Shown: one piece after another, positions 1-9,885 of the stretch
How positions within the stretch are numbered: position 1 is the first letter of the stretch
Layout of the letters: every line of letters begins with the position of its first letter
Assembly: GCA_038496445.1 (NCBI GenBank)
Contig: JALMLS010000562.1
Location: 124,001-188,000 of the forward strand
DNA: 64,000 nucleotides
DNA from: Trichosphaerium sp. ATCC 40318
Taxonomy: Eukaryota; Protista; Tubulinea
Direction of reading: 5' to 3'
Translations under genes and position numbers: made by a program
The notes under the pieces: model-generated
Told to the model about the DNA's origin: nothing
The model's input: the letters and a program-made list of their open reading frames with translations, nothing else
Database searches by the model: none

Positions 1-621
1 CGTGACGCAACTTTACGGCGTTGCGGTCTAAAACGAGTTCTCCTTCTTCGTCGCGCACAGCAGGATTCTGTACGATGCAATCTAGTGAAGGTGAGCTAAA
101 AATAAAGGCAAGTCTTTGTGTTGGCACAAAAAATTTGTGATGTGTAACGTCTTTTCTTAAACAAAGGCAAACGACTACGTACAGTGACGAGGAGGAACCA
201 TGATCATGCTGGTTGGTCCAGACACTACAACTTCATGATCTTTTCTGGTAAAGGTCTGTGGGCCGACCTCTACGCGGGTAACATTGAGATTGTTGTCCAA
301 CACATGTACGTAATGGTATGGTTTGATTCTGATTACGGCTGGAGCTCTTGACATGTTGTGTTTGTACTTGAGTTTATCCTTACTGATGGTTTTGGGCGCA
401 ACAAAAATACGGTTTTTCCCCTAAAAACCGAGAATTTTCTATGAACGTTTTTACATAGTGACGTGCATATTCAACGCTAACAAAGCACCAGATACATTTG
501 CAAGGCTGTGGGCATACTTACACAAAACTTAGACGAAAATTACTGCAATTTTCTTTTTTTGTGGATGAAAACAGAATGAATTTTAAACTTTAATATTCCA
601 AAACCACTTTCCTATGTTTTT

Positions 622-1310
622 CTAGTCCATTTTTACACCAACGCGCTTTTCCCAAGGACAACCGTGCCAAAAGCGAAAAATAGACATGAGAGGGAATACA
701 ATATAGCCACCATAGGCCGCTAGTATGAGATCCGGGCGCGGTGAGGCGAGTTCGCCATACACGCTTTCAATTATTGCGCCTACAACCACCAAAATCATGC
801 CGTACGCCCACATTAGCATTGGGACACGTATCCACGCTTGCTCTGAGTTCTGTTAATTGTTTTATGTGGGCTTGGCAAACCGTACTGTAAATAATTGCGT
901 AGATTGCTGCTAAATAGAAGGGAGTGTACAATGGAGATAGTGTCTAGATTACAAGTTAACATGGCAATGTACATTCTTTTGTGTACCATCAAAAATTTGA
1001 ACAAGACAGTGTTGTTTGTGAGGGCTGGATCAAACTGTGCCCAGAAGTGAAATAACTGACATAGTTCCTAATGAGTAGATGTTTAGTGTGTTTTAGGTTT
1101 GTTGTGTGTACTTGTGGTGGCCACGCCATGTTGGCTGTTGTTTCTTGGGTTATTGTGCCCACAGGCGCTACAAAATAAAGGTGAGCATGCTTTTACGCGT
1201 ATGCGCGCACCGATTACGTTGATGATGTCCATAAACCATGCGATGAACAGAAACAAGACAAGAAACACGACAGAAATAAAATCACCTGGTCTTGAAGCGA
1301 TAGACGGCAT
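622..1310 (-). CDS. EXPERA-domain membrane protein (TMEM97/EBP-like), spliced
   Basis: Spliced exons give MPSIASRPGDFISVVFLVLFLFIAWFMD...WPPQ|ELCQLFHFWAQFDPAL...WAYGMILVVVGAIIESVYGE...YGGYIVFPLM. The four-TM pattern, DP motif and Y-x-x-Y-x-x-x-P motif are typical of EXPERA proteins. Confidence 0.75.
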
Positions 1311-1390
1311 TGTGATGGTTCTAAAAATTATATTGCTTAGTTTGGTGTCGGTCAACGCGTTAAGGTTGTTATACGTACTCTAGTCGCTCA

Positions 1391-3534
1391 ATGTTCGGTC
1401 GTTACGTGACCTGTGTTACGGCTAGAGCTTCAGGTGTTAATAAAAAGGTCATATTAACGCCATCCATTATTATGCCTAACTGTACTACTATAGGTAGCGC
1501 CGCGCGCTCGTGTAGCCATTTACAGCACAAAGTATTTAGTACGCAAATGTTCGAGTGCATCAGCACAAGGAGAGGAAGGCTCCAGCGTACCAGAGGCAAT
1601 TGTCGAGCATACACAGAGTGAAACAGATGAGTTAGTGAAGGAAGCGTTGGATACTGCTATAACAACAGCAATTAATTCAGAGACAATCGTGGAGCAGTCT
1701 CAGAGCGAAAAAGGCGAAGTAGTGGGCGAAACAGCAAAAAACGCTACAACGGAAACAGAAGTAGAAACAACTACGGCTGATAAACCAATAGAAACAGAGA
1801 ATTCGGATGGTGTGAATGACATTCCATACGAGTCCATGCCTGGATGGATTGAGTCTGGCAATGTAGGCAAGGTATTAGAGCTATGGGAGCAAGTTCAAAA
1901 CCAAGATGGCACGTTACATAACCTTCCCTGGTGTTAACTAATTCTTGACTGACACAGAGTCACGCAATCCACTAATGTACAAGAACCTAATAGACCTCAT
2001 AAAGAGAGATCCGGATGAATACAAGTGGTTGACACTTGATTTGATTGAAGATTTACTTTTTGAACCTTATGATATTGACTTGGGCCTAGTTCACGTGCGT
2101 GAAAGATTATCGTTTCAAAAAAACCCATCAGATTTTGTTATTAATATATTTCCACAGGAGTTACTTGAACTTAGTGCAAAGTTCCAATACAAGAATGAAG
2201 TATTATTACTGAGCGACTACGTATTAAAACTAGACGTGAAGGATAATCCTACGGAGATTTCTGCGTGCCTAAAACAGATACAATTTTTTGCAGGCACGTT
2301 TAACATTTTGACATGTTGTACTCACTTTTTTCTTACTAGATACATACAATCTAACGGAACTATTTGCTGAAACAGTAAATAGACAGTCTGGCGCACCAAT
2401 TCAGGCTGAAAATGCATGCTTTAGTTCTAATGTTGATTTGTACCATATCCTGGTTAAAGAAAGGGATTTAGAAAGGGCCGAGAAACACTTTGAAGATGCA
2501 GTTCAAAAAAACAATGTTGACTTGACATCTTATTCTTACCTAATGGAATTTTACGAGAAAAATAATTTACCTGAAGGTTTAAAGTTTTGGGAAAGATGGA
2601 GAAAATCTCCTACGCCGCCACAGGCCTCGAGTAGTTTTGCTCAAGCAATTGGATTAGCTCTTAAACAAGGTGACTTTGATGTGGCTGAGAATACATTCAA
2701 TGAGTACGCAACAGTCAAGAGCGAAAGAGAAGGTATGGGTTTTGGTTTTTGAAAAAAAAATTCTGTCAAGGTCACCTTTCTGATTCTTTTTTTTTAAGAG
2801 AAATTGGCGGATACTGTGTATAAAACTGCTTTACGCGTTTGCAAGGAAAACAAGATAAAAAGATTTGCTGCTATGGTATGGCAACATCACAATGAGTACA
2901 ATGATGAGCCTCAGAAGGAACTATACCTTGAGTTTATTGATGTTTGTACTGTTTGTGGTGACTGGGATCGTGCTCAAGAGATTTGGAGAGACTTTACTCA
3001 AGTTACTACACGTATAGATCGCGCAGTGATTGACACAAAATTTTTTGAAACATTCTTAATGGAAACAGGTATCTAAACTCACTACAATGTTTGTACCTGC
3101 GTACTTACATATATTTTTTAAAGGAGATTTCATTGCTATGGATGATGTTATTGCTACAGTAAAGGGGAGAGGAGTCAGGTACTTTCAGTTTTCAAAACGA
3201 TCAGCGCTGTCTTTTATTGTATTTCTTACTTTGATGTTATTATAGGATCCCTGTTTCTCATTGGATACGTGCTTCAAGAGCGGCTGTTCATCATGGAGAC
3301 AAAGAAAAGGCAAAAGAATATATGAAACTTGCCAATACGGCCATTTCCAGTCTCAATCCAAGGTTCTTGAATATCAAACCTTTCTTTTACTTATTCATTT
3401 TTAAAAGGATTCACCGTCTTCCTGAATATAGAAAGCAACTGGAACAGATAAGAAAAGACATGGTGAAAGCAGGTTATATAGAGAAGAAGGCTAGCACTCT
3501 TGATGAGTGGGTAAAAGATGGAGGGACTCGTTAA
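1391..3534 (+). CDS. Pentatricopeptide-repeat (PPR) protein, probably mitochondrial, spliced
   Basis: The N-terminus MFGRYVTCVTARAS is presequence-like. PPR-like helices: YHILVKERDLERAEKHFEDA, SFAQAIGLALKQGDFDVAENTFNEY, YLEFIDVCTVCGDWDRAQEIWRDF. The model needs GC-AG introns at 1909 and 2294. Confidence 0.75.
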
Positions 3535-3692
3535 TGTATTCCTTTGTTTGCATGCTTGTTGACGAAGGTAATTTCTTTAAGTGGTTGTGATTGTATTCAG
3601 TATTGTGATTGGCGTTATTATCTATACTTGCTGTCTTCATATGCTTCTCAATAATCAATCTAGCAAGTTGCAAAAGAGCTCGCTCTTGCGCT

Positions 3693-4009
3693 CTACGGAC
3701 TGCTCTGTACATAGTTAATTAAAGAGCGTACAACTGATGCAATTTTGTTTTTCCAACTTTCTTGTACCTTGATTTGGAATGTTTGCGCTTCTTTCTCTAC
3801 TGGGATGGTTAATAAAAGTTGCATACAGAACTTCATACCTTTCTCTTGAATGAAACGTTATAACTGTTTTCTATATGTACTTTTTGTCCACATACACCGT
3901 TGTTGTTTGTGTTGTCTATTGTAGTTGTGTTATTTGTATTTGCTGCTACGTAGTTATCAGTCATACTTGTAGCGTAAAAAAACTATGTACTTGTCAGACA
4001 CGTTCCCAT
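3693..4009 (-). CDS. Small (~76 aa) spliced protein with MGTCLT N-terminus and polybasic tract
   Basis: Two clean GT-AG introns join MGTCLT|TANTNN...SFKRK|RKKRKHFQIKVQESWKNKIASVVRSLINYVQSSP*. It is absent from the ORF track. Confidence 0.5.
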
Positions 4010-4170
4010 TATGTGTTAGTTGCTAGGGTTAAATTCAAACCTTAGGCTGTAGCGGTGGTGCACGCCTAGTTTGTATCTTTGATCAATCTTTTCAATCAAT
4101 TTGGGAGCACTGTTGACTTTTTGGCTGGAAAAAAGCCAAACAACAAATAATTTTACAGTTACATTCAGTT

Positions 4171-5205
4171 ATGTCACGTAGAAAGCAAAAAACCACTTTT
4201 GATAAAGTCACAGGTACTATTGGCGTTACTACGTGAATTCAATTAACACTGAACGAGAATTTATCTTTGGAGAGCGTTTAACGCCTGAAGAACAGATCAA
4301 AAAATGGCGCCGGGAGTTAAGACGCGAGTCTTCTGCGTTAGATAGGCAAATAAGAGGTAATGGTTACAATTATACTGTACCTTCCTAACAATTCAGGTAT
4401 TACCCGCGAAGAGAACAAAATCAAGCGGGAAATAAAGCTATGTGCCAAGCGTGGTGACGTCTCAAACGCGAGAACCCTTGCTGGGTACGCATGCATTTAA
4501 TTAGTCGATGACACCAATTCTAACGCAATATTAGAGAGATTGTCCATTCACGAAAAGCACAGGTACAATAATCGCTTGTTTATACTCTTTCTGACCCTTC
4601 AGGATCGCCTTCATGTATCTAAAGCACAACTCAACTCTGTGTCGTTACAACTCCAACAATCCTTATGTACGGAAAAAAAAAAAGCGTACGGACTTTTTTG
4701 ACATGTTCTCTTAGCAACATACAAGACGATGGGTTGCTTGAAGCGGTCTGCACAGATTATGAATGGAATGAATAATCTTATTAAATTACCTCAGTTGAAC
4801 GCTATAATGATGGCAATGGCACGTGAGATGGAGAAGGTAAGGCATCGTAAACGACAATAATTTTTTTTTTTGGCAGTCTCGCACTAAACATTGCTTGTTA
4901 GTCTGGGCTTATTGGAGAAATGGTTGATGAAATGTTTGAAGATCCTGATGAAGAATCTGAAGCTGAAGAAGAGGTAGAAAAGATTTTAGACGAGCTGAAC
5001 CTCGATTTCAAGGACCAAGCTCCAAATCTTGCCGGTATGTATTTTTTTTTTGTTTTTATTTTTGGTGTTGGTATTGTTCAGTACTGATTGTTATTGCAAA
5101 GGAAAAAACTTGAAGGGCAAGGACGAGTTAGTAGAACCAGAAAAACCAGATGCAGAATTAGAAATGATGCAAAACAGACTAAAGGCTCTCAAAGAAGCAC
5201 AATAG
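4171..5205 (+). CDS. VPS24: ESCRT-III subunit Vps24/CHMP3 (Snf7 family), spliced
   Basis: TPEEQIKKWRRELRRESSALDRQIR...REENKIKREIKLCAKRGD...SKAQLNSVSLQLQQ...SAQIMNGMNNLIKLPQLNAIMMAMAREMEK...EAEEEVEKILDEL...MQNRLKALK. Confidence 0.9.
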
Positions 5206-5359
5206 AGGGTAGTAGTGCTACAACAATGTACATAAAAAGAAAGTGGTTTTTTTTCACAAAAATTTATATGCGTTTATTTGTGACGTTTAAAGTCAGTTTG
5301 TCTTTTCACTCATACATTCGTTTTCTTGGTCCAGCGTTTACGAAACTGGGCTCTACATT

Positions 5360-5928
5360 TTAAAGTACATTACATAGTGAACTGGGTTGTTCGACAGGTG
5401 TGGGTTTGATGCTTCCATTTGATAGCCGTGACACTCGAAAGCCATCTTTTAGTTTATTCAAGGCAATGTCAATATTCTTTTGAGCAATACAAGCTGGGCT
5501 ATCTGGCGCGACCATCATTTCAAAGTAAGCTAATCCCTGATGGTGTACATCAAGAGTTAAAATGCCTTGTTTAGTACATGAAACATAGCCATGATAATCG
5601 CCAAGCTTACAACGAATTAAAAATGTGCTGTTGGACGCAGTAATTATTAGGGAAGGTGCGTTATCAAGTTCAATTATGACCGTATTGTCTGCTGAGATCA
5701 TTTCCCACAGATTACAGGCTTTAGGAAGAGGCCCAGGCGCGTTTTCTATGAATAGCTTAAGATGGCGGTTTGCTGCTTCTCTGGGATGCTCACTGGTCAT
5801 TAGTGTATCAATGTGAATACCAGATGCCGTATCACGCCTATTCGGTTTTGACAATATACTACGTTATTGTTAATACATTTCTTTGAATTTCTTTCATCAC
5901 GATTAAGTGACATGTACCTAACTGCCAT
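5360..5928 (-). CDS. Hypothetical protein (~169 aa)
   Basis: ATG at 5928 followed by one GT-AG intron (MAVS|ILSKPNRR...) leads into the 164-codon ORF. No recognisable domain. Confidence 0.55.
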
Positions 5929-6131
5929 TGTAAAAACAAAATATAATGTAAGATCGAACCAGGCTGTGCGACTATATTGTTGTTGTTAGGTTTGGGTAGA
6001 AATAGAACATGTTTGATACACGAAATGACGTGAGGATCAACTTTTGCATTTTCCTTTTTTGATTGATTTTTGAATGAAAACGCTTAGCTTTTTTGTGTAC
6101 CGTGCAATTGGTTAACGACGTGAACAACTTG

Positions 6132-6335
6132 TGTAACCACAGATTACTTTTTATTGATACCACAATTTTATTTCGTAGGTTTTGGGAAACGATAAAAACA
6201 AGTTTCTGTGAGATATCTCTCAGAGCAGATTTGTCACCTGCTCGGTATAAAACAGTTCGACAATTATAAAAAATCTCAGCAGTAGCTGGCTGAGTGAAGG
6301 ACGCCTGTATGATTTCCCGTCCCTAAAAGGTTACA
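6132..6335. ncRNA. Candidate structured intergenic RNA (unassigned)
   Basis: A terminal helix TGTAACC/GGTTACA encloses four perfect stems (6209-6222, 6223-6243, 6275-6294, 6299-6322) in an AT-rich spacer. Confidence 0.25.
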
Positions 6336-6563
6336 GCATAAACAAAAAACGTGCAAATAAAAATTGTAAGCAGTTACCAACGATGTTAACAAAGCATCAG
6401 GTGAATACAATTAGCACAAAACAAAAAACAAAAAAAAGCACAAGTTGCAAAAAACTTGAAGCTTTTTTACTCTGTTATAACATACATAGTTAACTATAAT
6501 TCATAGTGGGAATATGTAAAACCGTGATTTGATATTGATTGTTACACTCGATGAAGTTGGTAA

Positions 6564-7488
6564 TCAAAGAGATAAATGCATTGTTTTTTTGGTAACAATT
6601 TCGTCGCTCTGGTTTCTTTGTCTTTCATTCTTTGTTATTTTGATGTAATACAATACTAGGCTCTTAACCTGGAAGTACATATCAATAACATCCATTAGTC
6701 CGCCAGCAGCAAGTATGCAAGCACTGGGTCCGGTGGGTATTTTACTTCGAATAACTACTGCGTATACGTAAACAGAAAATCTCCAGATCCTTTGGCTTGC
6801 AAAGCAACCTATACACTTTATATTAGGTTGCCTTTGGTCTTACAATAGAAACGTACCTATAGAAAAATAGAGATTAAAAAGCTCTTGTCTCCTAATATTG
6901 GCAAAGAACTGATGTCCAGCAACAAATACTCTGTAGATGAATAGGATTTCTAAGCTAAAAGTAAGCTTCATAACAACAAGCATTGTTAGTACCCATTGGA
7001 ATTGCGGATGAATTCCATGACAGCACGCCAGTTGCGACAAAAGCGTTGTGGAACTCCCAATCAACAAAGTTTCGAAGACAAACAAATATGATTATGAACG
7101 ATATTGATAGCACGTGATGTACAGCCATGAAAACCAAGAATGGTTTTTGGAAGAAGGAGTAATTTTCAATAAGAAATACAGCGGTCCACCAAAAAGTTCC
7201 ACCTACTATAACTGGCCATAAGCGGAGTACATTTGATGGGCCTGACATTGATAAGCTCATCTGAAATATAAAACCACACGTGTTTGAGAAAACCCAAGAA
7301 AGCTTGACAATTTGTATGTGATTAGCTTGTTTCAGCTTGTACAAGCTCTCTAACGAGTATTTCATGGTAACATACAAGATATGATGTATCATGAACACTG
7401 CACCAGATATTACAATCCAAGTAGGTCCGGAGCACCAAACATCATCATGTAAACATAAAACAAATTGAGGCAGCGTATTATTGTGCAT
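6564..7488 (-). CDS. TLC (TRAM/LAG1/CLN8)-like multi-pass membrane protein, 2 introns
   Basis: Multiple TM segments, an FMAVHHVLSI (HH) motif and a later FASQRIW segment. Two GT-AG introns extend the ORF to TGA at 6564. Confidence 0.55.
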
Positions 7489-7589
7489 GGCAGACACTTG
7501 GTGTAAATTAGAGATAAAAAACATGTACACGTGTAGTAATGTGAAGCTAGGTTATGTGAAATACTTCGTGTGGATTTGAGATGTTGTTT

Positions 7590-7812
7590 ATTGTGGTAAT
7601 GTTATAGATGAGCGCATAGTGGCACCAAAAGGTGTCCGTGCCATTAACCTTGTTTTACAAAAATAGACATTCACCTAATAGCCTTCGTCAGACTTACATT
7701 ACAGGTGAAGGTTTCAAATCAATTGCTGGCGTTCACTATTGCCTACGGTATTGCAAAAGTGACAGAAAAGGGCGTATAGACCCTCAAAGGTGTGGATACA
7801 ATTAATCTATTT
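7590..7812 (+). pseudogene. Degenerate LRR gene fragment
   Basis: YCGNVIDERIVAPKGVRAINL, ITGEGFKSIAGVH and KVTEKGV*TLKGVDTINL, interrupted by stops and frameshifts. Confidence 0.55.
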
Positions 7813-8370
7813 TCAATAAGTATTTATTATTTGCTTGTATTTCTGTGTTGTATTTAATATTGTGAATCCTGAGAGCTTTTAGGTAGTTAATGCCTTGATT
7901 TGTCACCTTATTGCAGTGCCAAATTTTAAGGTTATCAATACATACAACTGCCTTGATGCCATCATCCGTTATTTGTACAACCTTACAAGTTAATTGTATG
8001 AACACCTGAGCTTTGATTTCTTCATCAGTAACCTGTTCGCACTGATCCAAGGTTGCAGTATGTACTCCTCCTAGTGCCGTAATACCATTGTCTGTTACTC
8101 CACACCCCTAATAAGAATGGTATGTACTCCATTTAGTGTTTTTATACCTTCATCTGTTATGGCAATTTCAGTAGTTTTTGAATTCACGTGTAGGAAGTCA
8201 CAGATAAACTGATACAACTCCGTAATGCGCCTCATTTCCTCATTCATTATTCTAGTTTCGTTCTTTTTGAGGACATTTTTACTTCTACTTTGGTTGCAGA
8301 CTTTGTTTACAATTGCCCAAACGAACAAGCTGTAGACGCAAGGCAAATACTCGTAAGAAAAAGAATCACA
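7802..8370 (-). pseudogene. F-box/LRR relic, frameshifted and 5'-truncated
   Basis: F-box-like EYLPCVYSLFVWAIVNK, then ITDEGIKTLNGVHTI / TDNGITALGGVHTATLDQCEQVTDEEIKA / ITDDGIKA...HCNKVTNQGINYL across a frameshift near 8095. No introns. Confidence 0.65.
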
Positions 8371-8371
8371 G

Positions 8372-8486
8372 TTTATTCACTTTAAGGACATGTTACAGAA
8401 GCACACTCAACACGCCATACTCTGTCTCCAAATGATCCAGGCATTCTACAAATCGTTAAAATGTTGTATTTGACAATATCAAGTAC
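8372..8486. repeat. 115-bp inverted repeat, left arm (last intron + last exon + AATAAA of the dermatopontin-like gene)
   Basis: Reverse complement of 9538-9652 with a single mismatch. Confidence 0.95.
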
Positions 8487-9150
8487 CCATAAACTGTTTG
8501 AAAACCTGTTACAAAAGGCGAAGCAGCAGGACAGTCCATATCGCCTGTACCATAGAAACCAGGTACAATATCAAACATAGCTACATCACTATTAGGTTTT
8601 AATGATTAAAACTCTTACATATCCACATTCTACCACTTGTGTTGCAAAAAGTATTGACATCCCCTCTTATGTAAAAAAAGTAAGTTCACAGATACAAATG
8701 CCAAAAAGACGTACTTGTATTTGCATCTAAAAGTGAATTGTCTATCATTACCTACCCACGTGCCTCCAAATATTCCTATTTAAATAGTCAATAGACGTCA
8801 TTGCGATTACGCAGTGGTTACCATCAATGGCATATCCGTTAGGACAATTGTAGACAAAGTTTGCAGTCAAAGCAGAAGTAAAAGACGTCATAGGTCCAAC
8901 AAACACTAATCCATCTTCGTAGCACTTCCAAGTAAACGTTCTAGGCTGTCCTGCAGTAAACGTTCTTGCTCCACCCATGGCGCCAACGGGACAAGTTCTT
9001 AACCATGGAGGCAAAGAGGGTGTAGTCAATCCTGGAGCAAAGTAAATTGCTCCTGAAGCACTAATACTGTCAGGGCTTTAAAGTTTGTACAATAACAACG
9101 TACCTCAGAAAGAACGAAGCAGCAAGAATGAGTGATGTTATAGGATGCAT
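8382..9150 (-). CDS. Secreted dermatopontin-like protein (three C-P...R-x-F/W-x-x-x-C repeats), 6 exons
   Basis: Signal peptide MHPITSLILAASFFLSISASG. Repeats: TCPVGAMGG...PRTFTWKC, YNCPNGYAIDG|IFGGTWVGNDRQFTFRC, MDCPAASPFVTGFQTVYG|MPGSFGDRVWRVEC. All introns are GT-AG. Confidence 0.7.
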
Positions 9151-9455
9151 TGCCAATATCGTGACGAGATCTTGGGTTGTTATTTCATGTGAATTCATAA
9201 AACAGCACTGATTCACAACACGTGAATTATCGAGCTTAAAACTGACATTAATAAACGATGCTTACAATACAAAGGTAAATACCACGAATTTTTGATTGGG
9301 ATTGAGTTAACGTCTTTTATAATTGAGCACGACCAACACTTTTCTAAACTTTTAAGTCTGATACCACACTTAATTGTAGAAAGGGCAATCATCTAATTGG
9401 TAGAATTAGCAAGGCTGCAAAACCATAAGGTTACAGTTACGAATAAAGGCAGTAA

Positions 9456-9535
9456 CCATAGACTGTTTGAAAGCCTGAAAGGTGTATCCTTCGGACACTC
9501 CATGTCACCTCGCCATAACCCGGGTATTAAAACAT
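9456..9535 (-). pseudogene. Diverged paralogous fragment of the penultimate exon of the dermatopontin-like gene
   Basis: PGLWRGDMECPKDTPF/GFQTVY (frameshifted) versus PGFYGTGDMDCPAASPFVTGFQTVY in the intact gene. Confidence 0.7.
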
Positions 9536-9537
9536 AT

Positions 9538-9652
9538 GTACTTGATATTGTCAAATACAACATTTTAACGATTTGTAGAATGCCTGGACCATTTGGAGAC
9601 AGAGTATGGCGTGTTGAGTGTGCTTCTGTAACATGTCCTTAAAGTGAATAAA
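9538..9652. repeat. 115-bp inverted repeat, right arm
   Basis: gtacttgatattgtc...ccttaaagtgaataaa matches the reverse complement of 8372-8486 at 114/115 positions. Confidence 0.95.
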
Positions 9653-9885
9653 ACTTAATTCCTCGTTCAGAGTTTACTTGAGTTCAGCAACCATGTAATC
9701 CATTGTAGCGTCTCAAAAAATGACATTGCATAACTAAATTCAACGAAAAGGCAGCTGAAGACTTTAACCCATGCCTGTTCGAATAAACAAAGTTATAGTA
9801 CAAAAATACTCAACATGGAAAAAATATACTTAATTGATTTACATTATTAATACAATTTTGTTACTCTCAGAGAGAGAAACCTTTT

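Noticed and set aside
1-351. Possible gene or exon at the window start (GTGAGC donor at 91, AAG acceptor at 166)
   Set aside because: Several frames are equally plausible and none gives a recognisable product; upstream context is missing.
4037-4072. SRP Alu-like hairpin (GGCTGTAGCGGTGGTGCACGCC)
   Set aside because: It is an isolated short hairpin in a 160-bp promoter, with no room for an S domain.
8372-9652. DNA transposon or MITE with terminal inverted repeats
   Set aside because: The arms are a host intron plus exon, and there is no TSD or transposase.
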